From assembly GCA_964016885.1 (NCBI GenBank), contig OZ024743.1, forward strand, positions 300,266,001 through 300,330,000: a stretch of DNA of 64,000 nucleotides. Direction: 5' to 3'. This document shows positions 29,831 through 51,100 of this stretch, in pieces. The notes under the pieces are model-generated. The model saw nothing but the letters and a program-made list of their open reading frames with translations. It searched no databases and was not told the origin of the DNA. Position 1 is the stretch's first letter. Every line of letters starts with the position of its first letter. A program made the position numbers and the translations under genes. This DNA is from Eledone cirrhosa. Taxonomy: Eukaryota.

Positions 29831-30939
29831 ACCCTTACATTATATTTTATCAAGAACAGGTTCGATAGAATCATCTCTATGCCTTGTGGAGACTATCCAG
29901 AAACTTAATGTTATTATTTATTCCAATATAAATGTTACCAGTGTGAGAAAGAGGGATTTTAAAACTGACCCATCAAATAACTACTCTGTTTGGAGGTGCA
30001 ATATATCAAGAATTTACCAACAAGATATTCCAATTGTCAACAACATTTAACTGCTCGTTTGTCACGTTCCTTTTCTTAATTTTGCTCATTGTTTTTCTCC
30101 ACTCAATTTCTCTTGTTTGTTTACTAATTACAAAGGCTATTATCCAGGTGAACCAACGCTTAAAGTGATAAATAAATAAATACTCTCGGATCTTGAATAA
30201 TCATTCCAACTCCCCACTTATTAAATTGTGCTAATCTATCTCGTGCGAAATTTTATTTTAAGTGATAGCATTCCTTAAAAACATTATACATGACAAAAAA
30301 GTACATTACTAGAAATCCCATACGTTATAAAATACGATGGGTTGGGGGTTTCAATATGTAAACTAAACGACTAATTGTGGTTTTCCAAATATTTACCGAT
30401 ATCCCACCCTCTCCACTTATTCCAAACCCTTATTATTTGGGGCCAGGGAGTAAATAATGATTAAAATGTCTAGCTGACAAAACACTCACCATAGAATTCG
30501 ACGGAGATCCGTTTACTTCTATTTTATTTTACTGTATGTTTCTATATGTGTGTGTGCGTGTGTTTGCGCGTGTGTGTGCGTGTTTCCGTGCATATGTATG
30601 TGCACGTGTCCTTTTCGCTATTTTGATCTCCGATTAATATTCTATTGAAATACATCGTCTAGAATCTCACCAACACACACACACACACACGCGGCAAATA
30701 GGGGTTGCTCTTGGCGTGAATGCAGCACCCGTAACGTTGAAAACCCGAATCTGCATACAAAATGTTAGATAATAATGTTAGTGAATGTTATTATATTTCT
30801 GACAGATTTTATCGAACGTTTTGTTTGGTTTGTGACTGTAAATAAATGCTTTATTAATATTATCATTATTCAATTTTATTTGCACAATGATGATCTTATT
30901 AACACTGGATCATTTAATTGACTTCCTATCAAGTTAAGT

Positions 30940-32370
30940 AACCTTGGATAGACGATTTCTCGCAGGATATTTGCTGTTCCCATTGTTATTGTTATCATTA
31001 TTTATATTATTTGAAACTTACTTTGAATTCTGCTTCTTTCCCAAATCATGCCAAGTATCAACTTGACACCCGAGGCAACATTTGATAATACACACATTTT
31101 ACAATCAATTGTCATACAAATGATGCCACAAGGGCACAAACATGAGTAAAATGTCTTTGGACGGTTTTTAAATTGATAATACCCTTCTCAGGACATGGAC
31201 AGAGCCAGTCAGCACTATTTTCTGTATCTCTTGTAGAGATGGCTTTTTAGGTATCCGGTCAAATATTTTTCAGTTTCCTTTTTTATCCTTCCGAATGCAC
31301 TGACTATCACTGGTATTGTACAGGCCTTAATTTTTTCAAATTCAATTGATAGATTTTTATACTTACTGAGCTTTCCGAACTCTTTCGAAGAGATGTTACG
31401 ATCTGATTGTATATTCGTGTCAATTAGGAACAGGTTTTCTTTTTATGGTCCTTCACAATTATATCAAGTCGGTTGGCTTTGATTATTTTGTCTATTCACG
31501 GGGAAATCCCATAGGATTGTCGCATTGTGGGCTCCCGTTATTGCATCTGGGTGATCGTTGTACCATTTCCCCTTCGTTTTCAGAACATAAAAACCTGCAT
31601 ATTATCAAGTGTAAGTATTGCCACACTCTATAATGCCTCATGTTTATTTCTGGCGTGCTAATACTTTGTAGGCTGAAACTTTGCCTTTAGCTCAGAAATC
31701 GGCTGCCACTGGTGGGTGAAAGCTTGATCTCCATCAGATTCTTTGCTACGGAGAACATACTGCCCATGCAATGGTCTTTGCTCCCATTTAGTGCAGAATC
31801 TCTGTTGGCCTTCATGTTTTGCCAACACTTTGATATTCTTTGCACCTTTCATTGCAGAATTGCCATCATTTTCAAAATGTATTCCCAATTTTTCCACAAA
31901 CTTTCTGCTTTCTTTTGTGACTGAATGTAACCTCTTCTTCCTTTCGTGATCTGCTAACATTTTCATCAACCAGTCATCTGGGTTTTAAGGTACTGGTCGA
32001 GTACAATGGTCGATATGCCGTATGACAACTCGAGTTGGATCATTCATCTACTGGATCATTCATCTACATCTAGGGAGATAGAAGTGATCCACATCTGCTT
32101 TTTGATGATGTATTTCACTACAGGTCAAACGTTTCTTGATGTTGGTGCCAATCTCTTAATTTCATTAACGTTCCAATTTATGATGTGACAACTGCGATTG
32201 CAACGGCATTTATGGCAGATAGTTTATTTCACGAGTTAAGCCCAGTTTTCGAGACAGCACGTACTCTCTGGTAGCATTCCTTCCTGATTCTCTCTTTTAT
32301 GATGGCTTGGCCTTCATTCATCTCCGGATGTACCTGTTCTTGTTCCCTAATTACTGTATTCACGTCCATT
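30940..32370 (-). mobile_element. RLE-endonuclease non-LTR retrotransposon fragment (R4/Dong/NeSL-like), 3' part, degenerate
   Basis: WEQRPLHGQY, WDFP, IDTNIQSDRNISSKEFGKLSKYKNL, PVIVSAFG and SLQEIQKIVLTGSVHVLRRV are C-terminal motifs of RLE-type LINEs. Confidence 0.75.
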
Positions 32371-32528
32371 TCGATCAAATAGATGATTATTATTACAATT
32401 GATATTGCTGTTTTGGTTGTTATTAATAAAATCTATCTATTTCCTATCTCTCGCTGACTATGTATGTGTGTACGTATGCATGTATATACATATATACATA
32501 AATACATACATATATATATATACATATA

Positions 32529-32561
<33 letters not shown>

Positions 32562-32783
32562 TCTTGACTGTGAAGGTCATATATACCGACCTGTCTGTAT
32601 AAACATTAAAAATAATTCATGTGTGTGTGTGTATGTATATCTATCTACCTACACACACCTATATATATATATATATTTATTTATTTTATATATTATTATT
32701 ATTATTACTATTATTATTATTAATATACATATATATATATTGTATATATATATATATATATATATATAAATATATATATATAC

Positions 32784-32844
<61 letters not shown>

Positions 32845-33356
32845 TGTATGTATGTATGTATGTATGTATGTATGTATGTATGTATGTATGTATGTATGTA
32901 TGTATAATATATATATATATACAAAGGGCGGAAGAACTCTTAAGAGTCAACGGCCATCCAGAAGTCTGTAAATATGTATATACACATGTACCGCACGGTA
33001 AAACCACTGAGAGTGAAGGACCCCTAGACTTTGTCAGGGCATTCTTCTAGGAGAAGGCAACTCAGGGATAACTTTGATATAAAACCTGCGGCTCAGTAGT
33101 TACCGATGATGTTGATCTTTTCTCCTTTTGGGGTTATAGCTACTGTCGCTCAGAGAGTGGGATTGGCACAGACTTTCCTCACTTTAAAAAATATCTTCAC
33201 GCACAGGCATTGCACGATAGAATTAATTAATAATTATTAATAATGGTATATCGTGCAATGGCCATACTCGATAACGAGAGGACAGCCATCATGTATATAT
33301 ATATAAGTGTCTGTGTGTATATATATAAACACAGTATATATATGTAAGTGTGTATA

Positions 33357-33698
33357 TCATCATCATCATTTCATTTTACGTCCGCTTTTTCCCTTCTTGC
33401 AAGGGTGGGACGGGAACTGATTCTGGCTTGATTTCTACAGCTGGATGCCCTTCTTAACACCAACCTCATTTACAGTGAGTGCTGGGTGCTTTTTTGCGGT
33501 GGCACCTCCATGACCACTTTGCAGTGGAATGATAGGGACTCCAGTCCCTATCATCTCATTTCTACAGCTGAGTAAACTGGAGCAATGTGAAATAAAGTGT
33601 CTTGCTCAAGGAAACAACACATCATCCGGTCTGAGAATTGAACTCACAACCTTTCGATTGCAAGACCAATGCTCTAACCAGTAAGCCATGTGCCTCCA
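33357..33698 (-). mobile_element. tRNA-derived SINE
   Basis: Minus strand has an A box (tggcttactggttagagc), a B box (gagttcaattc) and a (GAT)n tail. Confidence 0.8.
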
Positions 33699-33699
33699 T

Positions 33700-35689
<1,990 letters not shown>

Positions 35690-35693
<4 letters not shown>

Positions 35694-38503
35694 GTAGAAT
35701 AATCGAGTATCGAAAAATCGGCGCACGAGTTCACGATAAACAAAATTCGAGATGAGCGGCAGAGGGCTCCATAATTCAAATAAATTAGAGCTATAACTAT
35801 CGTTAAAATACCGTCACACGTAGAATATGTCTACAATCAACCAAATAACCGAAAAGTTCGATATGGAAGATTCGGGACACTCAGATAAATTATCAATAAA
35901 TCAATAAATGAAATGAATGTAAAATGCATACCCGGACCCACTAGAGAGATGGAATATCTAGCTTCTTGGGTTTCTGTAAATCCTTAAACCGTCATCTATC
36001 AGCTCATATAAAAATATAAGCCTTACAGATAATCGGGGGACTGGAGTTACTTCATCAACGAGCTTCGTCCGAATGGATAAAAAGATAAGACCCAGGCTAA
36101 AAATACGCACATGGATTTCAGCAAGGGAGATAACCTTTATATCCGCAAAAATATTCGGAAAAATGTGACAAAAACACATATCGAATAAGAGTGCTCAATA
36201 GACATGTTAAAATAAACAGGGGCTATTCATCATTTAATAGAATCATAAAATTAACTGGTCAATAGCTAAGTCTAGAGCTAAATATAGTAGAATAATCGAG
36301 TATCGAAAAATCGGCGCACGAGTTCACGATAAACAAAATTCGAGATGAGCGGCAGAGGGCTCCATAATTCAAATAAATTAGAGCTATAACTATCGTTAAA
36401 ATACCGTCACACGTAGAATATGTCTACAATCAACCAAATAACCGAAAAGTTCGATATGGAAGATTCGGGACACTCAGATAAATTATCAATAAATCAATAA
36501 ATGAAATGAATGTAAAATGCATACCCGGACCCACTAGAGAGATGGAATATCTAGCTTCTTGGGTTTCTGTAAATCCTTAAACCGTCATCTATCAGCTCAT
36601 ATACAAATATAAGCCTTACAGATAATCGGGGGACTGGAGTTACTTCATCAACGAGCTTCGTCCGAATGGATAAAAAGATAAGACCCAGGCTAAAAATACG
36701 CACATGGATTTCAGCAAGGGAGATAACCTTTATATCCGCAAAAATATTCGGAAAAATGTGACAAAAACACATATCGAATAAGAGTGCTCAATAGACATGT
36801 TAAAATAAACAGGGGCTATTCATCATTTAATAGAATCATAAAATTAACTGGTCAATAGCTAAGTCTAGAGCTAAATATAGTAGAATAATCGAGTATCGAA
36901 AAATCGGCGCACGAGTTCACGATAAACAAAATTCGAGATGAGCGGCAGAGGGCTCCATAATTCAAATAAATTAGAGCTATAACTATCGTTAAAATACCGT
37001 CACACGTAGAATATGTCTACAATCAACCAAATAACCGAAAAGTTCGATATGGAAGATTCGGGACACTCAGATAAATTATCAATAAATCAATAAATGAAAT
37101 GAATGTAAAATGCATACCCGGACCCACTAGAAAGATGGAATATCTAGCTTCTTGGGTTTCTGTAAATCCTTAAACCGTCATCTATCAGCTCATATAAAAA
37201 TATAAGCCTTACAGATAATCGGGGGACTGGAGTTACTTCATCAACGAGCTTCGTCCGAATGGATAAAAAGATAAGACCCAGGCTAAAAATACGCACATGG
37301 ATTTCAGCAAGGGAGATAACCTTTATATCCGCAAAAATATTCGGAAAAATGTGACAAAAACACATATCGAATAAGAGTGCTCAATAGACATGTTAAAATA
37401 AACAGGGGCTATTCATCATTTAATAGAATCATAAAATTAACTGGTCAATAGCTAAGTCTAGAGCTAAATATAGTAGAATAATCGAGTATCGAAAAATCGG
37501 CGCACGAGTTCACGATAAACAAAATTCGAGATGAGCGGCAGAGGGCTCCATAATTCAAATAAATTAGAGCTATAACTATCGTTAAAATACCGTCACACGT
37601 AGAATATGTCTACAATCAACCAAATAACCGAAAAGTTCGATATGGAAGATTCGGGACACTCAGATAAATTATCAATAAATCAATAAATGAAATGAATGTA
37701 AAATGCATACCCGGACCCACTAGAAAGATGGAATATCTAGCTTCTTGGGTTTCTGTAAATCCTTAAACCGTCATCTATCAGCTCATATAAAAATATAAGC
37801 CTTACAGATAATCGGGGGACTGGAGTTACTTCATCAACGAGCTTCGTCCGAATGGATAAAAAGATAAGACCCAGGCTAAAAATACGCACATGGATTTCAG
37901 CAAGGGAGATAACCTTTATATCCGCAAAAATATTCGGAAAAATGTGACAAAAACACATATCGAATAAGAGTGCTCAATAGACATGTTAAAATAAACAGGG
38001 GCTATTCATCATTTAATAGAATCATAAAATTAACTGGTCAATAGCTAAGTCTAGAGCTAAATATAGTAGAATAATCGAGTATCGAAAAATCGGCGCACGA
38101 GTTCACGATAAACAAAATTCGAGATGAGCGGCAGAGGGCTCCATAATTCAAATAAATTAGAGCTATAACTATCGTTAAAATACCGTCACACGTAGAATAT
38201 GTCTACAATCAACCAAATAACCGAAAAGTTCGATATGGAAGATTCGGGACACTCAGATAAATTATCAATAAATCAATAAATGAAATGAATGTAAAATGCA
38301 TACCCGGACCCACTAGAAAGATGGAATATCTAGCTTCTTGGGTTTCTGTAAATCCTTAAACCGTCATCTATCAGCTCATATAAAAATATAAGCCTTACAG
38401 ATAATCGGGGGACTGGAGTTACTTCATCAACGAGCTTCGTCCGAATGGATAAAAAGATAAGACCCAGGCTAAAAATACGCACATGGATTTCAGCAAGGGA
38501 GAT
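35690..38503. repeat. 593-bp near-identical tandem array (~4.75 copies) embedded in (TA)n
   Basis: Units start at ~35690, 36283, 36876, 37469 and 38062; the ORF track repeats every 593 bp. Confidence 0.97.
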
Positions 38504-38506
38504 ATA

Positions 38507-38582
<76 letters not shown>

Positions 38583-38893
38583 ATATATATATATCATTTA
38601 TATTTATACTCGGATTCTTTTCCTAGATTGCTTAAACTATCTGTGACTAATCCCGGTTTTTTTCATAAAAACTGTGATAATATTGCTATTTTGCTGAACT
38701 CCTTTGTAGAGTTTTTTTTCAGAATGTATTTGACTGCTATTTCTTGTAAATAAACATTCACTTCCATCCCGACGTCACTAGCCCCGTTTTTTCCTCATGT
38801 GCTTTTTCATAAATACACACGAAGGCGAACTAGCCAGTTTTAGAATTCCCTTTTTCGGATTATATTACTGTGAGAGCCCTGGTTTTCTGTTGA

Positions 38894-38975
38894 GCTCTGC
38901 TGATGATTGAAATTCCAACCGTGGCCATCTCCACTGAAAGTTTTCATGAAATAGTCTTTTAAGACTATACAGAGC
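38894..38975 (+). ncRNA. Type-I hammerhead ribozyme family D
   Basis: gctctg CTGATGA t-tgaaa...gtgg-ccatct-ccac...tttca-t GAAA tagtctt-tt-aagacta TA cagagc. Confidence 0.9.
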
Positions 38976-39521
38976 ATTTGATGTTATTCCAAATTGAAGG
39001 ATAAGTGTCTCAAACTTTATTTTATCATGAGTTAAAGGTCTATAGATTTTCCCTGGATTTTACTAAATTCTGTGGATGAATTTATATCCTGATTCTCTTT
39101 TGAGATGAGTTTGAGCTATTTTTCCTAAATCTTTCGTTAACTACTTTTCCCATCTTGACGTTATAGTCGCATATATGTTATAGAATGCCGTTAGCTTCTT
39201 GCTAAAACAATCTCTATACCTCTCATTTATATTTATACTCGGATTCTTTTCCTAGAGTGCTTAAACTATCTGTGACTAATCCCGGTTTTTTTCATAAAAA
39301 CTGTGATAATATTGCTATTTTGCTGAACTCCTTTGTAGAGTTTTTTTCAGAATGTATTTGACTGCTATTTCTTGTAAATAAACATTCACTTCCATCCTGA
39401 CGTCACTAGCCCCGTTTTTTCCTCATGTGCTTTTTCATAAATACACATGAAGGCGAACTAGCCAGTTTTAGAATTCCCTTTTTCGGATTATATTACTGTG
39501 AGAGCCCTGGTTTACTGTTGA

Positions 39522-39603
39522 GCTCTGCTGATGATTGAAATTCCAACCGTGGCCATCTCCACTGAAAGTTTTCATGAAATAGTATTTTAAGACTATACAG
39601 AGC
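39522..39603 (+). ncRNA. Hammerhead ribozyme family D (one stem III mismatch)
   Basis: Same fold as 38894-38975. Confidence 0.87.
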
Positions 39604-40148
39604 ATTTGATGTTATTCCAAATTGAAGGATAAGTGTTTCAAACTTTATTTTATCATGAGTTAAAGGTCTATAGATTTTCACTGGATTTTACTAAATTCTG
39701 TGGATGAATTTATATCCTGATTCTCTTTTGAGATGAGTTTGATTTATTTTTCCTAAATCTTTCGTTAACTACTTTTCCCATCTTGACGTTATAGTCGCAT
39801 ATATGTTATAGAATGCTGTTAGCTTCTTGCTAAAACAATCTCTATACCTCTCATTTATATTTATACTCGGATTCTTTTCCTAGAGTGCTTAAACTATCTG
39901 TGACTAATCCCGGTTTTTTTCATAAAAACTGTGATAATATTGCTATTTTGCTGAACTCCTTTGTAGAGTTTTTTCAGAATGTATTTGACTGCTATTTCTT
40001 GTAAATAAACATTCACTTCCATCCTGACGTCACTAGCCCCGTTTTTTCCTCATGTGCTTTTTCATAAATACACATGAAGGCGAACTAGCCAGTTTTAGAA
40101 TTCCCTTTTTCGGATTATATTACTGTGAGAGCCCTGGTTTTCTGTTGA

Positions 40149-40230
40149 GCTCTGCTGATGATTGAAATTCCAACCGTGGCCATCTCCACTGAAAGTTTTC
40201 ATGAAATAGTCTTTTAAGACTATACAGAGC
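40149..40230 (+). ncRNA. Hammerhead ribozyme family D
   Basis: Same fold as 38894-38975. Confidence 0.9.
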
Positions 40231-40479
40231 ATTTGATGTTATTCCAAATTGAAGGAAAAGTGTTTCAAACTTTATTTTATCATGAGTTAAAGGTCTATAG
40301 ATTTTCCCTGGATTTTACTAAATTCTGTGGATGAATTTATATCCTGATTCTCTTTTGAGATGAGTTTGAGTTATTTTTCCTAAATCTTTCGTTAACTACT
40401 TTTCCCATCTTGACGTTATAGTCGCATATATGTTATAGAATGCCGTTAGCTTCTTGCTAAAACAATCTCTATACCTCTC

Positions 40480-40605
<126 letters not shown>

Positions 40606-40824
40606 GTATATATATGTATATATATATATATATATATATGTATTTATATATACACACACACATATATATAAATACACATATATACACGTGTGTATGTGCG
40701 TGCGTGTGTGTTTGTGTGCGTACTAGTTGAAGCAGTGGTGGAGTCAGTAACACCAGTAGTATAGATGTAACCATAGAAGTGGTAGCAGTAACAGCAACAG
40801 AAGCCGTGCTAGTGGCCTCCTCAT

Positions 40825-40862
40825 CGCAGCAGCAGCAGCAGCACCAGTAGTAGTATTAGTAT

Positions 40863-40935
<73 letters not shown>

Positions 40936-40963
40936 TGTTGTTGTTGTTGTTGTTGTTGTTGTT
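40825..40963. repeat. (GCA)n/(GTA)n/(GTT)n microsatellite
   Basis: Seen directly. Confidence 0.95.
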
Positions 40964-41139
40964 AGATCTGAGTTGATATTTTTCGGAAAATATATAACTA
41001 AGAGAGGATAATATTTTTTTACTTTTTGTTTCTTACCGCCTTCTGACAGCAATATATGTTAAGTTAAGTCATTTTGTATTTTATTTAAATTATATATATA
41101 TATATGCGTGTGTGTGTGTATAAACAATATATATTTAAA

Positions 41140-41940
41140 CAGAACTTAAAATTGAATTCGTAGAATTGTAGAAGATACGAATTGTAGAAGATACGAATAC
41201 CATGTACAAACGCTTAACAGAACTAAGAGAATTTGGCTAAAAAAAAAATACCCATCTCTACTTATAGAAAATGGCATACAGCGGGCTATAAAAATACCTA
41301 TACAACAACTTAGGACAACCCGAGGAAGAAGAATCCAAGAACTGGTCCTACCATTTATAATGACACACAACCCATGTCACAAGAATATCTTCAACACTGC
41401 CAAAGCAAACCTACCGATCATTGCTCAAATTTATTAATTAAGAACCTTAATCATCGATCTTTGACTCTTAGCAAAAGACAGCCGAAAAATTTGAAGCAAT
41501 TACTAACAAAAGCAAAGTTTGACCTTAACAACAAAGACCAATCATTCACTCTATCTAAATGCAATGATAGACGATGTGGAACATATCAATCCATACACGC
41601 CGGTCAATATATGAAAACTAAAACTGGAAAAATATTCCCAAATGCAAATATGAACTGCAAAAGCAGAAATCTAATTTACTGCATTAAATGCCCGAATTGT
41701 GAAGAACTATATGTCAGTCAAACTGGAAATGCACAATCGGAACGTGCACGGGTACACCGACAGCAAATCAGAGACCCAAATGTCCGTCAGATACCCCTAA
41801 GTAACCATCTAGCAGCATGTGGTCAGGGAATATTCATAATATTCCCATTCTAGAAATTACACAGCCCAAGTGAAATCAAGAGAAAAATCAAAGAAAATAA
41901 TTTTATTGATAAATTCAAACCCAAGCTAAATGAACAATAA
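41140..41940 (+). pseudogene. Penelope-like RT-thumb/GIY-YIG fragment of a different clade (Neptune-like linker)
   Basis: YPSLLIENGI, LPFIMTHNP, RQPKNLKQLL, CNDRRCGT, NCKSRNLIYCIKCPNCEELYVSQTG...ER.RVH. Confidence 0.85.
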
Positions 41941-42065
41941 TTGTTTCTACTTTAGGCACAAGGCCAGTAAATACCCAGTGCATTACTGGTACTTTATTTT
42001 ATCGACCCCGTAAGGATGAAAGGCAACCTCGGCGGGATTTGAACTCAGATCGTACAGGGACGTAA
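41941..42065 (-). mobile_element. tRNA-derived SINE fragment
   Basis: Same family as 28074-28200. Confidence 0.8.
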
Positions 42066-42600
42066 CAATAATAATGGGGGATTACTCCTACTATGACCAT
42101 AACTACGACCATGTCGACTACGACCACTAACAACAACAATAATAATAGTAATAATAATAAAGGGATGTTGATGGTGATCATTACTAGAAAATGCTATTTT
42201 CATCATTTCTAAAAATAGCAAAACAATTGATGTTTTGGATAGGGTAAAATAGTAGTCGTTAGACATGCTCAACCAACCGTAACGCCTCAACCAATCAGCT
42301 TTAGTAATCCAGTGAAACTACACACCGATTGGTCGAAATACAGTTTGCAAGATTTAGCATTCTGGAGCCGCTTTTCACTGTATTTACCCATCTCATTACA
42401 GTTGAAAATTGCAAACTTGACTGTCACCACACATTATGAACCTGAAGATTGTGAAAGCATGAAGTACTTGTTCAATTAACACTTGACATTTAATATTCTA
42501 CCATACTAAATCAGACAAAGTTGGAATTCCTTTTATTAATATAATCTTCTATACACAATCATATACACCTGTGTATATTTATCTATTTTATACATATATA

Positions 42601-47008
<4,408 letters not shown>

Positions 47009-47017
47009 GTATATGTA

Positions 47018-47066
<49 letters not shown>

Positions 47067-47078
47067 ATATATATATAA

Positions 47079-47118
<40 letters not shown>

Positions 47119-47139
47119 CTATGTATATATATATAGATA

Positions 47140-47229
<90 letters not shown>

Positions 47230-47234
<5 letters not shown>

Positions 47235-47531
47235 AAATGAAGTAATTCCGTCGGAAAAGTCCAGGAAAAAAGAGTGCTCTATGTAGGTAACAGAGCTTAA
47301 TTATTATTATTATGAAATAAACAACATAAGGCAACCAGTGGTTTCTTAAAAGCAAAAGATTTTGCTTTCAATCCTCAGAATGAAAAAATCCTGGTCTGTT
47401 TATTGAATTTGGATTTTAAAAACAAAAATGCAATCTATATGAAAGTGAGGCTGGAGAAGGATGAAGGAAAGGAAAAATAAAATAAAACTTCACATGCGAA
47501 CACACACACAAAAACACAAAAAAACATACAT

Positions 47532-47545
<14 letters not shown>
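47230..47545 (-). mobile_element. pLTR-like fragment of the HHR family F element
   Basis: 47310-47545 is the reverse complement of ~24110-24365. Confidence 0.75.
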
Positions 47546-47608
<63 letters not shown>

Positions 47609-47617
<9 letters not shown>

Positions 47618-47745
47618 AGTGTAATTTTCTACACAAAACGAAGGTTATAGTGCCATTTTCCGGATTTGCGTAGGTTAGTATATATGAAAAGTGTAATTTT
47701 CTACACAAAACGAAGGTTATAGTGCCATTTTCCGGATTTGCGTAG
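47609..47745. repeat. 70-bp exact tandem duplication
   Basis: tatatgaaaagtgtaattttctacacaaaacgaaggttatagtgccattttccggatttgcgtag occurs twice. Confidence 0.9.
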
Positions 47746-48035
47746 ACCAGAAAGGGACACAGCAGTCAACCTGTTGTTGCTACCTAGATCAAAACTACTA
47801 TGAAATCCCACAATGAATTTTCTACTTGAATTTTCAAATCTCAAATTTTAACTCTTCGTATTATTAATTTTTCTTAATATTAATCAACATTTGAAAAGAT
47901 GGCTTTTGCAGACCCATCGAAACCGGTCATTTTTTATACCCTTTATTATTTCCTTACCTTATAAAATTATATGTTTTTTTACAAAAAAGTATTCTGTATC
48001 TTATATATTCCATGTGCCATTACCAACCTCAATTT

Positions 48036-48075
<40 letters not shown>

Positions 48076-48160
48076 ACTTTGAATAACTTTGAAATGCTTT
48101 GGCCAGTATTGGCCCAGGCCATGTCTAACTTAATAGCACCACCTGGCGAAGTCTTTCAAT

Positions 48161-51100
48161 TCAGGATTTGGGCACCATGGCCCATTCGAGAAGAGAATTA
48201 CTGTTTGCGGAGACATATCCGGGTGTGGGTGGTTTGTCCGGGATTACTTGGAGGAATTTGTCCAACGACTTCTTGAATTTTGTGTGGTCAGTTTCTGTTT
48301 TGACGTGTCCTGGTGTGATGTTGAAGAGAGCAGGGCCGATTGAGGTGAAATAATTGTGCCGTATTGTTGTTATGAGTTGCGATTTAGATTTTTGAATGGG
48401 ACGGATAGCACGGGGCCCAAGCCTTGGGTGTATCTTGAAGGCGATGCCAACATCATTTGGGCAGTGATGATGGAACATTTTCCACATCATGCAGATAATA
48501 TAACGCTCACGGCGACGTTGGAGTGAGTAAAGTTTCAGGTTTTCTAATCGACCCCAGTAGTCAAGATCTGACATGCCATCTATCTTTTTCGTGATTGCCC
48601 TTTGAGGAGCTTCAAGTTTCATGATACTTTGTTTCGTGTGGGGAGACCACAGTGGACAACAGTATTCAAGGTGTGGTCGGGCGAAAGTAGAGAAGAGAAG
48701 GATAATGGTGCGGGAATCTCTCGACTGGAAGGTTCTGAGGATCCAGGAACACATTCTGCGGGCCATGTCAACTTTGCTGCTTATATGCGTGGTCCAGCTT
48801 ATGTTGCTGTCCACGGTTACTCCCAAGTCTCTGATGTTGTTAGATGCCACGAGAGTTTCCCCGGAGGGAAGGGAGTACGGGAGTTTCAGAGCATCCTCTT
48901 TTCCAAAGTGGATCAGTTCGAATTTGTCTTCGTTCAGTAACATGTTGTTCTTTTCTGCCCATTGGGTAACAGCCAGTAGGTCTGACTGAAGGCTTATCCG
49001 GTCATCCACGCCATTGATGACCTTTTGGAGCTTGGAATCATCAGCGAAAATTTTAATGTTGCTGTGTTTGATGATGTCAGTGATGTCATTAATATAGATG
49101 ATGAAGAGAAGTGGGCCCAACACAGTGCCTTGTGGGACCCCACTACTGACTTTGGCTGGGCTTGATTTGACTCCCTCAACTACAACATGTTGGGTTCTGT
49201 TTGACAGGAAGCTCTTGATCCACTGCAGCAGCTTTCCAGTGACACCAATATTGGACTGCTTTCTCAGTAGAATGTTATGATCAACCCTGTCAAAGGCCTT
49301 GCTGAAATCAAGGTAGATAACATCAGTGTTGGAACCCTCTCCCAAGGCTCTCAAAATGTCATCAAAGTGATGCAGTAGCTGCGTCAGGCAATCCCTTCCA
49401 TTACGGAATCCATGCTGGTTGGAGTTCAGCATATTGTTACTCTCAAGGAAGTGGGTCATTCGCGATCTCACCACTCGCTCAAATACCTTAATGATATGAG
49501 AGGTGAGTGAGATTGGACGGTAATTCACGGCAAGGGATTTGTTTCCCTTTTTGAAAACTGGGACAACAGACTGGGATAGAAGGTTTTCTGGCACATATCC
49601 AGCATCCAGTGAGTTCCGCCACAGATTGGCAAGAGGAGATGCAACTTGGTGTTGACACGCCTTCAAAACACAAGCAGGGAACCTATCGGGACCTACTGCT
49701 GAATTATGCTTGATTTCCTTTATTGCCGCCAAGACATCAGGGGCGCCAAACGTTATGTCCGATAAGGTGTAATGGGGAGTAACATCGCCGATACAGCCCT
49801 TATCGGCCATATCAGGATTGCTGAAAACAGAGCAGTATTGTTTCTGCAGTATCTCACCCATGGTTTTAGCATTGTCTTGAAGAGTGCCATTTTCATCAAT
49901 TAGAGGGCCAACAGTAGAGCCAGTGATTTTGTGTTTTTTTGCAAATGAAAAGAACACTTTGGGATTGAGTTTGATCTTCTCAATGGCCCAGGCCTCTTCA
50001 GCTCTTCTCTGATTGTTGATGAGGGACATTATGTTGTTTTGGAGGTTATGTTTTTTAATCTCTAGTGATGAAATGGCAGTCAAGTTGATGTGTTGCTGCT
50101 GACAGTATTTCAGCTTGTTGATTTTTTTGTTCGTTCTCTTAATTTTTCTGATGAGTGTTTTTCTATTTCTAGGGATTGTGCTCTTAGATTTGTTTATAGT
50201 TCTTAATGGGGTGTGTTTAGCACATATGTTTGTAACAGTGTCCACAAATGTCTGCCAGGACTTTTTGATGTTAGTGGGTGTATGACTGTGCGTGAAGGAC
50301 CAGTCGACATGTGCAAGATCATGACTGATCGCTTCCCAGTTTGCATTTTGGAAATCCATAGCGTCAAACGGATGGACAGGAGAGATGACATTGGGTTTGT
50401 ATATTGGACGGTGGAATCTCAGATCACAGAGAACCATGTCATGATCAGAGAGTAGAGTTTTCTCCACTGCAATATTGTGGATATTGTCAGTGTGATTGCT
50501 GAAAATTAAGTCTAGGACGTTTTTGTGGCACCTCGTTGGTTCGAGCACCAGTTGGGATAGGAAGAAATCATCCATGAAGTCAAGAAGCGATTCCACAGCT
50601 TCCCTGTCAGAGGTTGAGGCAGAAGAACCTGGTGGCAGGGTGTTTGTGGACCAGTCAACTCCGGGGAGGTTGAAGTCCCCCATCATTAAGATGTTGTCAG
50701 GGTGAAACACTTTATGGATGAAACACTTTATGGATGAAACACTTTATGCTGTTGAGGCATTCCTTGAAGCATGGTACAGGCGTTTGGGGTGGCCTATAGA
50801 GCCCAACTACTAATAGGTTGTTGGTTTGACTGAATACAGTGACTGCTTCACAGTATCCATTAGTGAATATGTTCATAGCCTCTGTTGAGAAAGAATTATG
50901 GACATAAATGGCAGTTCCGCCCTTTCTTCTGCCAGCGCGATCAGCACGGATGGCTTTGAAATTTTTCACTTTCACCTCGGCTTCCAAGTGGAGGTTACTG
51001 AGATGGGTTTCAGTGAGGACGAAGAAAGGGATGTGGTTTGGATGGACATCAATCCAGTCCTCCAGGAATTTGATCTTCCATTTTTGAGTATTGGTGGAAG

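Noticed and set aside
33620-33698. tRNA-like sequence with A and B boxes
   Set aside because: It is a SINE head continuous with a SINE body and tail, with no proper acceptor stem.
35958-37958. Four identical 73-aa ORFs, and a CRISPR-like reading of the arrays
   Set aside because: The ORFs are a by-product of the 593-bp tandem repeat with no recognisable motif. There are no unique spacers or cas genes, and the DNA is eukaryotic.
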